A DNA stretch of 64,000 bases, from contig CAVYSE010000028.1 in the NCBI GenBank assembly GCA_963771075.1, positions 224,001-288,000 on the forward strand. Reading direction: 5' to 3'. Numbering within the stretch: position 1 is the stretch's first letter; each line of letters begins with the position of its first letter. Shown one piece after another: positions 9,426 to 18,637 of this stretch. The notes below the pieces were generated by a model that worked only from the letters and a program-made list of their open reading frames with translations, did not search any database and had not been told where the DNA came from. The position numbers and the translations under genes are program-made. Source of the DNA: a candidate division FCPU426 bacterium (lineage in GTDB: Bacteria > Oederibacteriota > Muellerivitia > Muellerivitales > Muellerivitaceae).

Positions 9426-10676
9426 ATGAAATCCACCCTGGCTTTGCTTGGTTTATTCGCTCTTTTGTTGATTCCCACCCTGGCTTCGGCCCAGATGACA
9501 TCCCAGGAATACGATCAATTGGGACAGGCGGTCTACCAGAAAGGCCTTTACGACAAGGCGGTAGTTTACTTCCAGCAAGCCACCCAGGCGGACCCCACCA
9601 ACGCCCAGGCCTTCGAGGATCTCGGCAACGCCTACATGAAACAGGGCAACCAATCCCAGGCCCTGCAAGCCTACCAGCAGAGCCTCCAGTTGAACCCGAA
9701 CAACACCACCTTGAAGGTAATGGTGGACAACATGAACAGCGCGAATAACACGGCCGCGCCGGCCCAAGCCCAAAACGAACCCGCCAATCCCCAGATGGAA
9801 CAATCGCCCGCCCAGGAAACTATTGTCATCCACCGGCGCCGGCCCAGGCCACAGCCAGAACCTGTCGTGAATTACAACGACAACCTGGCCCCCATGGACC
9901 ATGCCCGTGTCTGGACCAAGTTCGAGTTCGGGTACAACTATTCCCTTCAGGGGGATTTAACGGATAGCGCCACGAATGTCACGAACGAGAACAGTAACGG
10001 GACCCTCGCCGCCCAGGAATACGGTTTCACGAATGGCAGCGCCAGTATGCCCCTGGGAGGCTTGATGCTCGGTGGGGAACTGGGATTTTTGATCGACCCG
10101 AACGAGGGCATCGCCATTGGGGTCCGATACCTCCAGGCCAACGACTACAATTACAGCGCCTCCAACTCAGCTCCCTCGTCATTCGCGGGTTATCCCAGCG
10201 ATTTTTGGGCCACGACCTTGACCCCCTACGCGGTTCCCTTCACCCTCGACTATTACCTGTTCCTACCCGACCATAACGGCCGTTTCTTCATCACCGCCGG
10301 CGCCGGTTACTACGCGGGCACCGTCCAGGTGCAGGACAATTTCAGCGTGGTGAATTACACCGGGGATACCACTCAAAATGACAATCCGAACGGCGATTTG
10401 ACCGCCGGGAACATCGGCTTCGAATTCGGTATCGGACGGGATTTCGCGATCAACCGTAATTTCGGCATTTCCGTCTTCGCTCGCGGCCGGTACGCCAAGA
10501 TCACCCAATTCCAAGGCACCCTCAGTGACGGACAACAATGGGTCCTGGCCAAGTTCTCGGATGGAAGCGTGGATATTTGCGACCCCTCCCAGATCGGGTC
10601 GCATGGGATTTCCTACGCTACGGTGGACTTTACTGGCTTTGACATCGGCGCTTCCCTCAACTTCTACAGTTTCTGA
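9426..10676 (+). CDS. Secreted TPR plus outer-membrane beta-barrel protein
   Basis: Signal peptide (LASA|Q), two TPRs, Pro/Gln linker, amphipathic beta strands, C-terminal Phe (SLNFYSF); RBS AAGGAG. Confidence 0.8.
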   Translation: MKSTLALLGLFALLLIPTLASAQMTSQEYDQLGQAVYQKGLYDKAVVYFQQATQADPTNAQAFEDLGNAYMKQGNQSQALQAYQQSLQLNPNNTTLKVMVDNMNSANNTAAPAQAQNEPANPQMEQSPAQETIVIHRRRPRPQPEPVVNYNDNLAPMDHARVWTKFEFGYNYSLQGDLTDSATNVTNENSNGTLAAQEYGFTNGSASMPLGGLMLGGELGFLIDPNEGIAIGVRYLQANDYNYSASNSAPSSFAGYPSDFWATTLTPYAVPFTLDYYLFLPDHNGRFFITAGAGYYAGTVQVQDNFSVVNYTGDTTQNDNPNGDLTAGNIGFEFGIGRDFAINRNFGISVFARGRYAKITQFQGTLSDGQQWVLAKFSDGSVDICDPSQIGSHGISYATVDFTGFDIGASLNFYSF

Positions 10677-10685
10677 ATTTAAGTC

Positions 10686-10724
10686 AAAAAAGGCCGTTTC
10701 CCTCACGGGGAGCGGCCTTTTTTA
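10686..10724 (+). terminator. Rho-independent terminator
   Basis: AAAAAAGGCCGtttccctcacggggagCGGCCTTTTTT. Confidence 0.85.
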
Positions 10725-10729
10725 TTTCT

Positions 10730-10754
10730 GTAACTTCTTTTCTTATTAGCCGTA
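10730..10754 (+). promoter_or_regulatory. Putative ECF-sigma promoter upstream of msrA
   Basis: GTAAC-N16-CGTA. Confidence 0.45.
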
Positions 10755-10786
10755 ATTATTGGCAAGAACTTTGAGGGGAGAACAAC

Positions 10787-11380
10787 ATGAAAGCTACCGC
10801 TTTAATCCTTTTCGCGGGGGCCCTGCTGGCCGCCTCGGCGTCTTTCGCCCAACCCAAAACCGAATCGGCGGTCTTCGCCGGGGGCTGTTTTTGGTGCATG
10901 ACCCCGCCTTTCGAGAAGCTCGCGGGGGTCCTGAAAGTAACCGCCGGTTATGCCGACGGGCAGGGGGAAAACCCCAACTATGACGATTACGGCGACAAAG
11001 GCTACACCGAGGGGGTTTCCATCCTTTACAACCCCGGGAAGATCACCTATGCCCAGCTGGTGGATGTCTTTTGGAAACAGATCAACCCGACCGACCCCAA
11101 CGGCCAGTTCGTGGACCGGGGACTCCATTACCGCGCGGCGGTCTTTTACATGAACGACAGCCAAAGGAAGGCCGCGGAAAAATCAAAGGCCGTCCTGGAT
11201 AAATCAGGAAAGTACGATCAGCCGATCGTAGTGCCCGTCAAGAAATTCACGAACTTCTACCCCGCCGAGGATTACCACCAGGATTTTTACAAGAAGAACC
11301 CGGTTCATTACAACCTTTACCACATGAATTCAGGCAGGGACGAGTATTTGGATTCGATCTGGGGCAAGGGGAACCACTGA
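10787..11380 (+). CDS. msrA: Peptide methionine sulfoxide reductase A with signal peptide
   Basis: FAGGCFWC, GQFVDRG..YR, FYPAEDYHQDFY; N-terminal signal ASFA|Q. Confidence 0.93.
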   Translation: MKATALILFAGALLAASASFAQPKTESAVFAGGCFWCMTPPFEKLAGVLKVTAGYADGQGENPNYDDYGDKGYTEGVSILYNPGKITYAQLVDVFWKQINPTDPNGQFVDRGLHYRAAVFYMNDSQRKAAEKSKAVLDKSGKYDQPIVVPVKKFTNFYPAEDYHQDFYKKNPVHYNLYHMNSGRDEYLDSIWGKGNH

Positions 11381-11464
11381 CTTTTTGCCGGGACATGGTT
11401 GGAAATTGCTCCCAAACTTCTATAGGATGATCCCGCCTTCAATCTACCCTTGGGGAGCCCCGAC

Positions 11465-11935
11465 ATGGACATCGCCTTGATCGCCGTTCAATTCCTGCAT
11501 GTGTTGTTCGGCGCCATTCTCATCGGGAGCGCCGTCTACATGCATTTCGTGCTTTGGCCTGGGATCCTCTCGCGCCCTTCGGCGGAAGCCCGGGCCTTTT
11601 ACGAGGGCATCCTGAAAAAAACTAGCGTCCTGATGGCCTCCTCCGGGGGGATAACCTTCCTCCTGGGCATCCTGCGGGGAACCCTCCTGGGCCCCATCCA
11701 TTCCTTTTCCGATTTAGGGTCACCCTACGGGATCACCTTTTCCATCGCCCTCTTCGCCACCCTCGCCATGCTCATCCAAGGGCCCCGGATCGGCCCGACC
11801 CTCCTGAAAAAAGTCTGGAACGGGAACGCCTTCTCTCCCGAAGCCGCCCGAACCGTGAAGGTGATGAACCTCGTTCCGCTGTTGGCGATCCTGGTTATCC
11901 TTGCCTGCATGGTCCTGATGCATTTCAGCTATTAA
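11465..11935 (+). CDS. Four-TM membrane protein of unknown function
   Basis: Hydrophobic segments, QFLHVLFGAILIG N-terminus, C-terminal CMVLMHF. Confidence 0.75.
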   Translation: MDIALIAVQFLHVLFGAILIGSAVYMHFVLWPGILSRPSAEARAFYEGILKKTSVLMASSGGITFLLGILRGTLLGPIHSFSDLGSPYGITFSIALFATLAMLIQGPRIGPTLLKKVWNGNAFSPEAARTVKVMNLVPLLAILVILACMVLMHFSY

Positions 11936-12102
11936 CCCAACCTAAAATTCGGAAAGCGTTCTCCTTGCGCGCGAGCCCTTAAGGGGATGAAGGATTCAAT
12001 CGATTTCCCTTTTGGCTTCGGTTTTTCCTAGGCGGCACGTCAAAACTCTTTCTATATTAAAACCAGTTCAAATCGATCGGCCTTTACTCTGGAGCGCCAT
12101 TC

Positions 12103-12444
12103 ATGGATTCCCTGACCTACGAATTAAAAACCGTTCCCGGGCATAAGAACACCTTCTGCCTGGAACTGCGGGGTTTCCTTTATGCCGGCACCCTTCCCAC
12201 GGCCGCAGAGGCATTTCAGTCCATCCCCCTTTCCAAAACGCGGTTATTGCTGGATCTCACGGGCGTCCAGTACGTCAGCACGAGTGCTTGGAGCCGGATA
12301 CTGGAACTGCAGCAGCGGCTGAGGAACTCCGAGGGCGGAGTGGTCCTGTTCGGCCTCAAACCCGAGGTCCAGGATGGTTTCGAGTTCATGGAATTCAACA
12401 AGGTTTTGGAACACCACCCAAGCCGGGTGGAAGCCCTGCGCTAG
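12103..12444 (+). CDS. STAS-domain anti-sigma-factor antagonist-like protein
   Basis: LELRGFL, LLLDLTGVQYVSTSAW, VVLFGLKPEVQDGF. Confidence 0.8.
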   Translation: MDSLTYELKTVPGHKNTFCLELRGFLYAGTLPTAAEAFQSIPLSKTRLLLDLTGVQYVSTSAWSRILELQQRLRNSEGGVVLFGLKPEVQDGFEFMEFNKVLEHHPSRVEALR

Positions 12445-12654
12445 TGGGTTGTTGAGAAAGTCCTGGTACGGACTGTTGCAACTGACACCTAATACGGTAC
12501 CCCGCGATTCCAACGTGCCACCCCTCAATTTAATTTACGTAGAGGGTGGTACAGTACCCTTTGGGTACAAAAATCTTTGAATGAGCAGGCCGCTTTTAGC
12601 CGATTACTAAATTAATGAAATCGGTATGCGGCCTTTTTTATTTTCAGCAGCCTG
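12445..12654. mobile_element. Putative MITE (about 210 bp) at the STAS gene stop codon
   Basis: CTAG | tgggTTGTTGAGAAA ... TTTTCAGCAGCCTG | CCAG: imperfect terminal inverted repeats with CTAG/CCAG flanks and internal hairpins. Confidence 0.5.
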
Positions 12655-12701
12655 CCAGGGTTTTACTTGCCCTTCCCGGTTTGAAACCGTAAGCTTCCTT
12701 C

Positions 12702-13472
12702 GTGATCGCGCGTTTTTTCCTTTCCTTTTTTTTATTCGGCTTGTTTTTCCCTCCCGTTTGGGGGGAAGAGGATCTCCGTTCGGGACAACGGGCCCTTTTA
12801 GAGCGGAATTATCCCCTCGCCTTTTCTTATTTCCACCATAGCGCCCAAAAAGGCGACCCGGCGGGGGAGTGCGCCCTCGGCTTGATGTACGAGAACGGCT
12901 ACGGGGTAGAGAAGGATTACACCCAGGCCAAGGTTTGGTTCGAGCGGTCCGCCCGCAAGGGCGATCCGAGCGGGCAGAACAACTTGGGCTGGCTTTACCG
13001 CTATGGAAAGGGCGTCCCGCGCGACAATAAAACGGCCCTGGGCTGGTTCATCAAGGCAGCCGGGCAAGGCTTGGCCTCGGCCCAGCTCAACCTTGCCCTG
13101 ATGGCCGCCCGGGGCGAGGGGATGAAAAAGGACGCCGGACTGGCCTATATCTGGTTCGAGAAGGCCGCCCTCCAGGGCGACGACGAGGCCCAGGTCAACC
13201 TGGGGCAAATGCTGTCCTTGGGGGAGGGAACACCCAAGGACCTGGTGGAATCCTACAAGTGGTTCGCGGTGGCTTCCAAACACCCCGACTTAAGTGGGGA
13301 CAAGATGGATGAAATCCACGACGATTTGGAGTGGCTGGAAAAACACATGACGGGGGACCAGGTACGCGAGGCCCAAAAGAAGGCCGACCGGTTCAAGGCC
13401 GACTCCGTGGAGGCGGACCTGCCGACGCCCACTCCGCCGCCGAATGAGGAACGAAAGGCCATTCACCCATGA
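12702..13472 (+). CDS. Sel1-like repeat protein, secreted
   Basis: Repeated AQ.NLG.LY..G.GV..D...A..WF.KAA.QG units; signal peptide. Confidence 0.92.
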   Translation: MIARFFLSFFLFGLFFPPVWGEEDLRSGQRALLERNYPLAFSYFHHSAQKGDPAGECALGLMYENGYGVEKDYTQAKVWFERSARKGDPSGQNNLGWLYRYGKGVPRDNKTALGWFIKAAGQGLASAQLNLALMAARGEGMKKDAGLAYIWFEKAALQGDDEAQVNLGQMLSLGEGTPKDLVESYKWFAVASKHPDLSGDKMDEIHDDLEWLEKHMTGDQVREAQKKADRFKADSVEADLPTPTPPPNEERKAIHP

Positions 13473-13999
13473 ACCTCTACTTCCGGCTGCTCATCCGCCT
13501 ATGGATGACATGGATAAAACCCCGTCCCCTGGGCCTGTTGGATACCTCCGAGTTGCCGGGCCGGGTCTGGCCGATGGACCTGGATACTAACCTTCACATG
13601 AACAACGGCCGTTACCTGTCCCTGATGGATCTGGGGCGGCTCGACCTGGTGGCCCGGGCGGGACTTCTTGGCGCCATCCTGCGAAACCACTGGTATCCCG
13701 TTTTGGGTGCCGCCCGGATCGACTATTTCCACCCCCTGAAGCCCTTCCGTTCCTATGTCCTAAAAACCAGGTTCGTGGCCTGGGACGAGAAGTGGCTTTA
13801 CCTTCGCCAGGAATTCTTTTCCGGAGGAAAAACCTGCGCCGTGGCCTATGTCCAGGGCCTGTTCCTGGGTCCCCAAGGAAAGGTTTCCACGGAGGAATTT
13901 TTTTCGGTCCTTAACTTTCACGAGCCCTCCCCTCCCTTTCCAGCGGACCTGGCTGAATGGCGCCGCCCCGTCCAGGGCCCGGCTCCTCCGCTTCCCTAG
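13469..13999 (+). CDS. Hotdog-fold thioesterase family protein
   Basis: RVWPMDLDTNLHMNNGRYLSLMDLGR, WDEKWLY. Confidence 0.9.
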   Translation: MNLYFRLLIRLWMTWIKPRPLGLLDTSELPGRVWPMDLDTNLHMNNGRYLSLMDLGRLDLVARAGLLGAILRNHWYPVLGAARIDYFHPLKPFRSYVLKTRFVAWDEKWLYLRQEFFSGGKTCAVAYVQGLFLGPQGKVSTEEFFSVLNFHEPSPPFPADLAEWRRPVQGPAPPLP

Positions 14000-14105
14000 G
14001 AGAATCAATCCAGGAAAATGATTTCCTGTTACGTCGGGGTTAATTTCCATTTCGACGGTCCTGAAAGTTATTCTTTTTTATTTATTTGTTCCATACTAGA
14101 CAGGT

Positions 14106-15005
14106 ATGAATGATTCACTGAATTTGAATCCTTCCCTGCTGGCTTGGCTCATCGCCGGATTTCTTTTTTTCTTCGGCCTGAGCGCCCTTCACTATATCCG
14201 CCAGACCCTCCGCAAAAGAGAAGCTTTACGTGAATTGGCCCGCCAGATGGGTTTCGGATACTTCGTCCTGGTGACCGACCTGACTCGGGCCGGATATGAT
14301 CTCCCGGAGCCCCTCGCGCCTCGGCAGGCCCATTCCCCACTCATCCACCTGGGGCTGGGGCCCGGGTCCCAAAATATCTTGAGGGGGGAGAAAAACGGCT
14401 GGACGATTTTTTACCTTGAAACCCCCGCGCCCGAAAGGGACCGGACCCTGGAAACACTCGCCCTTTTCCTAAACCCGGGCGCGGACCTTCCCTACTTCGA
14501 ACTGGTCCCCCTGAGGCTCTTCGATAAATTTCACCGCCTTTTGGAACTGGACATCCGGGACCTGGTCTCCGGCCCCGGCGTGAGCCGGTTGGAGATCAAA
14601 GGGCTGGCTGATTTTCACAGGCCCAAGCACCACCTTTGGGGCGAAACCCGACGGGCTTCCGACTTCGCATCGATATTTTCGCGGGAGTTCCTGGAATTCC
14701 TGGGGGGCCAGCCCAACTGGCGCATCCAGGCGCGGGGGGACTGGGTGATGATCTTTGAGGAAAATTTCGCCATACCGCCCGAGGCTTTGGGCGAGTTCGC
14801 GTCCCGAACCCAAAGGGCCATGGAACTTTTCTTCAGCGGACTGAAGGATTCAAGGGCTCGGGTCCCGGTAGAGGCTGGAAAAGGGCTGGCTTCGGGGCCC
14901 TTGGACGGTGGCGGGAGCGGCGTTGGGGAGCCGGGTTCCAAGCATCGGACGCTTGGCGGCTCCGTTCGGGAGACTCCCCTGAACGGCCAAAGACCTGCCC
15001 CTTAG
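14106..15005 (+). CDS. Hypothetical membrane-anchored protein
   Basis: N-terminal TM followed by RKREALRELARQMGF; the C-terminal tail overlaps the convergent ORF. Confidence 0.65.
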   Translation: MNDSLNLNPSLLAWLIAGFLFFFGLSALHYIRQTLRKREALRELARQMGFGYFVLVTDLTRAGYDLPEPLAPRQAHSPLIHLGLGPGSQNILRGEKNGWTIFYLETPAPERDRTLETLALFLNPGADLPYFELVPLRLFDKFHRLLELDIRDLVSGPGVSRLEIKGLADFHRPKHHLWGETRRASDFASIFSREFLEFLGGQPNWRIQARGDWVMIFEENFAIPPEALGEFASRTQRAMELFFSGLKDSRARVPVEAGKGLASGPLDGGGSGVGEPGSKHRTLGGSVRETPLNGQRPAP

Positions 15006-15263
15006 GGCGCTCATCGGGCCATTGTGGTTTCCCGCGGGTTGAAGCGGAATAAACCCCGGCGTCTTGATGGGAATGGCCGGGTTTTTCTTCCAATTTCTCC
15101 GGGCCGGCTTCAGGCCGTTCATCTTCAGGGTTCGATTCGGCGCGGACCAAACATTCGTCGCCACGGGAATAAGGCCGTTGTTCTGGGCCGAAAGCGGCAC
15201 GGTTCCAAAAACCACCCCAAGGAATGTTAGGAATAAGCCATATTTCGAAAATACCCGGATCAT
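14850..15263 (-). CDS. Possible secreted Pro/Asn/Lys-rich low-complexity protein
   Basis: Signal-peptide-like N-terminus (PLSA|Q); overlaps the 3' end of 14106-15005. Confidence 0.4.
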   Translation of the reverse strand: MIRVFSKYGLFLTFLGVVFGTVPLSAQNNGLIPVATNVWSAPNRTLKMNGLKPARRNWKKNPAIPIKTPGFIPLQPAGNHNGPMSALRGRSLAVQGSLPNGAAKRPMLGTRLPNAAPATVQGPRSQPFSSLYRDPSP

Positions 15264-15473
15264 GCAAGCATTCTAGTCTGGCTTTCACCAAAATCCAGGA
15301 ATACCGGCTTTACCCATATTGGGCGTCTCTTTTTCTTTTTTACCCATTCCTCCACGGTTCCGGCTCCATTTGCGGAACCCAATCCCCACGATATATAGGA
15401 AATCGGGGAGGACCCCTTTGGCACGTCCTTTGCTTTGCTTATGGAGTCGCTATTCACTTTGACGGGGAGATTT

Positions 15474-15980
15474 ATGCGTTCGACTTTAGACAAAGCAAGC
15501 CGTACCCAAGTCCGCTATTCCAAACCCGCCCAACCACACCTTTCCCTCCCCTGGGTTCCCAAACCGGAAGATTGTTTCACCCAATTCGCCCAAGCCTTGA
15601 GAAACTTCGGGGATTTTCCATCCCATTGGCTGAATACCTTCCGCATTCAATCCTCCGACATGAAATTGGTCCGCACCCTGCGCGTTGGAGGACATAACGG
15701 GATCACCTGTCTGATCCGCACTTCCCCCCGGCTGGAGAGCTATCTCCAGGAAAACGCCAATCCCCTGATCCGGGTGGGGGAACCCCTGTTTGACCGGCTG
15801 GCGGTGGAATTTACCCAACGCATCGCCCACCTCTGTTTGGGATCCACCCTGATGATCGCGCCCGAAATCCAACCGGGAATCCCCAAGCTTCTTCAGGACC
15901 GTGAGCCGGATGTTGTTTGCAAGGTCCTGGTGGACGTAACATTCGTCGAAATCCTTCTCTTTCGGGAACCGCTCACCTAG
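15474..15980 (+). CDS. Hypothetical protein
   Basis: ORF with GGGGAG RBS before ATG 15474; no family recognised. Confidence 0.55.
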   Translation: MRSTLDKASRTQVRYSKPAQPHLSLPWVPKPEDCFTQFAQALRNFGDFPSHWLNTFRIQSSDMKLVRTLRVGGHNGITCLIRTSPRLESYLQENANPLIRVGEPLFDRLAVEFTQRIAHLCLGSTLMIAPEIQPGIPKLLQDREPDVVCKVLVDVTFVEILLFREPLT

Positions 15981-16066
15981 CGGTAACCCAATTCCGCACC
16001 TAAAGGTTTTTTTCTTCGGGGCAGGGCCTTTTCTTTTTTCGAACTTTTCCCCATTCTCTATCTAGG

Positions 16067-16129
16067 TCAGCTATTAGCGGTTAGCCGTTGGCTTTTAGCT
16101 AATAACTAAAAACCAATGGCTAACGGCTG
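16067..16129. repeat. Heptamer-built palindrome (TTAGCNN units)
   Basis: tcagcta ttagcgg ttagccg ttggctt ttagcta, followed by its inverted counterpart ...aaaaccaatggctaacggct. Confidence 0.65.
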
Positions 16130-16161
16130 CTTTTGAGAGCAGTTGTTGTGAGGTTCCAACC

Positions 16162-16977
16162 ATGGCCATCACTATTAATAAAGAGGGGTCGAATGGCCCC
16201 ATGCCGGTGGGTTTCGTGGGTCATGGCGCGCCGACTTTGGGGATGGAGGACAACGCCATCACCCAAGCCTGGCGCCGCTGGGCCCTTTCCCTCCCCAAAC
16301 CCAAGGCCGTTCTGGTCTTCTCGGCGCATTGGCTTTCGGACAAACCCCTGGTCGGCCCCCTCACTCCCCAGCCCTTGATCTACGACTTTTATGGATTTCC
16401 CGAGGAACTTTACCGGGTGAAATACGAACCTGCTGTTCCCGAAAAGTTGATCCGCGGAACCTTGGACCTTTTGCGCTCGGCGGATTGGAACCCCTCCTCC
16501 GCGCCCGAAAGGGGCCTGGACCACGGTGCCTGGGTACCCTTGATGAAAATGTTCCCGGACGCCGGCATCCCCGCCTTCCAGGTTTCCCTTCCCACCCAAG
16601 TGCCCCTCTCCGATCATCTGGCTTTGGGAAAAACTCTGGCGCCCCTTCGGGAAGAGGGCGTCTTCATTCTGGGGAGCGGAAACGTGACCCACAACCTCCA
16701 GCGGGTGAATTTTCACGACCGCCAAGCCGAACCGGAGGACTGGGCGAAAGATTTCGACGCTTGGGTAGTGGAGACGTTGGAAGGGGGCGGTCTTGAAACG
16801 TTGACTCGGTATCGGGAAGCCCCGGGCGGGGCTCAATCCCATCCGACGGACGACCATTACGTGCCCCTGGTGGCCGCGGCCGCCGCTGCTGGTGCACATG
16901 GTAAACCCCATATCCGATACCCCCATGAGGGTTTCGACTACGGGACCCTTTCCATGCGTTGCGTGGAATTTTCCTGA
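16162..16977 (+). CDS. LigB/DODA-type extradiol dioxygenase (YgiD-like)
   Basis: FVGHGAP, FSAHW, YDFYGFP, RGLDHGAWVPL, GSGNVTHNL, SHPTDDHYVPL. Confidence 0.93.
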   Translation: MAITINKEGSNGPMPVGFVGHGAPTLGMEDNAITQAWRRWALSLPKPKAVLVFSAHWLSDKPLVGPLTPQPLIYDFYGFPEELYRVKYEPAVPEKLIRGTLDLLRSADWNPSSAPERGLDHGAWVPLMKMFPDAGIPAFQVSLPTQVPLSDHLALGKTLAPLREEGVFILGSGNVTHNLQRVNFHDRQAEPEDWAKDFDAWVVETLEGGGLETLTRYREAPGGAQSHPTDDHYVPLVAAAAAAGAHGKPHIRYPHEGFDYGTLSMRCVEFS

Positions 16978-16981
16978 GCCT

Positions 16982-17521
16982 CTAGGGCTGGGCCGCCTGG
17001 CTGGGCACTTTCAGCCACGCCGGCTTCGAGCCCGGGGTCAGGTTGTCCATATGCTTCAGGAAAAGTGTGATCTTCCAGATTTGGTCATCATTGAGGGTGC
17101 CGCTGAAACCGGGCATGCCCGTGAGGCGGATACCGTGTTTGATTTTCCAGAAGGTCACGCCTTCCGGGTCATCCTCCACCCCGTCGTCGGCTAGCTGGGG
17201 GGCTTTTTGGTATAAGCCGACCGCGATATTAGAAGGTTTGGCGTCCGCAGCCCCGTGGCAAACCGCGCAATTGAAGGCATACAGGCGAATTCCCTCGATC
17301 AAGTTCGGGTCGGTCAGGGCCACCGGGTTTCCGCCCTGAGGCGCTTCCCGTTGGATGGCGGCGTGGAGGGAGGTCCGGGCCGCCCATTTTTCCCAAACGG
17401 GAGGCTTGCCGTCCGCGTTGGCGGGCATCCTCCCGGACGTGATGAACCAGTATCCCCCGCCTAATAGAAGAAAGAGCACCGTCAAACAGCCCCACAAATA
17501 TGACTTTATCATGGATCCCAT
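16982..17521 (-). CDS. Membrane-anchored c-type cytochrome
   Basis: CAVCHG heme motif, FWKIKHGIRLTGMPGF (axial Met), N-terminal TM. Confidence 0.92.
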   Translation of the reverse strand: MGSMIKSYLWGCLTVLFLLLGGGYWFITSGRMPANADGKPPVWEKWAARTSLHAAIQREAPQGGNPVALTDPNLIEGIRLYAFNCAVCHGAADAKPSNIAVGLYQKAPQLADDGVEDDPEGVTFWKIKHGIRLTGMPGFSGTLNDDQIWKITLFLKHMDNLTPGSKPAWLKVPSQAAQP

Positions 17522-17702
17522 CCTCCCTATGCGTCGTTTGATATGTTTTGGACGTTCAATCTTGTGGAACAGACACTTTCAGACTATGAATATCGTCCAT
17601 AGGACATGACTTTTTCAAGCCGGACGTTAACCCTTTCGCCATCTTGTTTTGTCCGGTATGAGGGGTTTAGTTTATGAGGAACTAGGCAGGGGAGGTTTCC
17701 CA

Positions 17703-18152
17703 ATGGTAGTGGCATACGAAAAATTCCGCGCCGTCCGTCGCCAGTTGAACCTGATCTTCACTCAGAATCTGAGGCCCCTCAAGATCGGTCCCAAACAAGC
17801 CGTCATGCTGCGGCATATCGACTCCATGGGAAAATGCTCCCTCGCGGACCTTTCCCGGGCCACCGCCACCGATCCCGCCGCGGTCAACCGGGCCATCGCC
17901 TCCATGATTTCGCGCGGATTGATCCACCGCCAGGCGCACGAGTCGGACCACCGTTGCTGGCAGGTTTCCCTCACCGAAAAGGGCCGTAACATGGCCCGGG
18001 ACATCGACCGTGTTTACGGTCAGGTCGCCGAAGTGCTCGTCGCTCCCCTCAATACGGAGGAACGGAACACGCTCTTGTCTCTCCTGGATAAAGTGGCCGA
18101 ATCCATTCCCGCAGACAAGCCCCGGAAAAGGGAGCTTGCGGGAAAACGCTGA
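17703..18152 (+). CDS. MarR family regulator
   Basis: SLADLSRATATDPAAVNRAIASM..RGLI..DHRC..VSLTEKG; RBS GGAGG before ATG 17703. Confidence 0.88.
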   Translation: MVVAYEKFRAVRRQLNLIFTQNLRPLKIGPKQAVMLRHIDSMGKCSLADLSRATATDPAAVNRAIASMISRGLIHRQAHESDHRCWQVSLTEKGRNMARDIDRVYGQVAEVLVAPLNTEERNTLLSLLDKVAESIPADKPRKRELAGKR

Positions 18153-18241
18153 TCACCTTAAAAGGGTTCCCTCAATCAAACAAATGAACAAAATCATGCC
18201 GGCTCCCCTACCCACCTTATAAGGAACCCATTTCCTCTTCC

Positions 18242-18607
18242 TTAGGTAAGATCCCGATGGACGGTATCCGCGGAAAAAGCGGGAAGGCAAACCGCCATAG
18301 TCTCGGCGCCGCCGTTGTGAGGGGTGCTGTAGCGGACCCACTCCCCCTTCAATACATGGACCGCCTGCCCGGCCCCCACATCAAAGATGGAGCCTTTCGT
18401 TTCCACCCTCAAACAACCTGACAGGACGAGGGTGTATTCGTCAAACTCGGGGGTTTGCCCCGGTTCGACCCACCCTTGCGGGCTTTTCATCCGGGCGACG
18501 CTGACCTTTTCTTCCTTGGACTTGACCCTGCCGAAAAATTCCTCGATCCGCTTGGGCTTGTTTCCCGCGGCTTCCACGACCGCCGGGGAGGATATGAGTT
18601 CGGCCAT
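18242..18607 (-). CDS. Cupin domain protein
   Basis: GWVEPGQTPEFDEYTLVLSG, GEWVRYSTP, VCLPAFS. Confidence 0.85.
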   Translation of the reverse strand: MAELISSPAVVEAAGNKPKRIEEFFGRVKSKEEKVSVARMKSPQGWVEPGQTPEFDEYTLVLSGCLRVETKGSIFDVGAGQAVHVLKGEWVRYSTPHNGGAETMAVCLPAFSADTVHRDLT

Positions 18608-18637
18608 AGGTTTTCTCCTTCTCGGCTATAGGATCCA

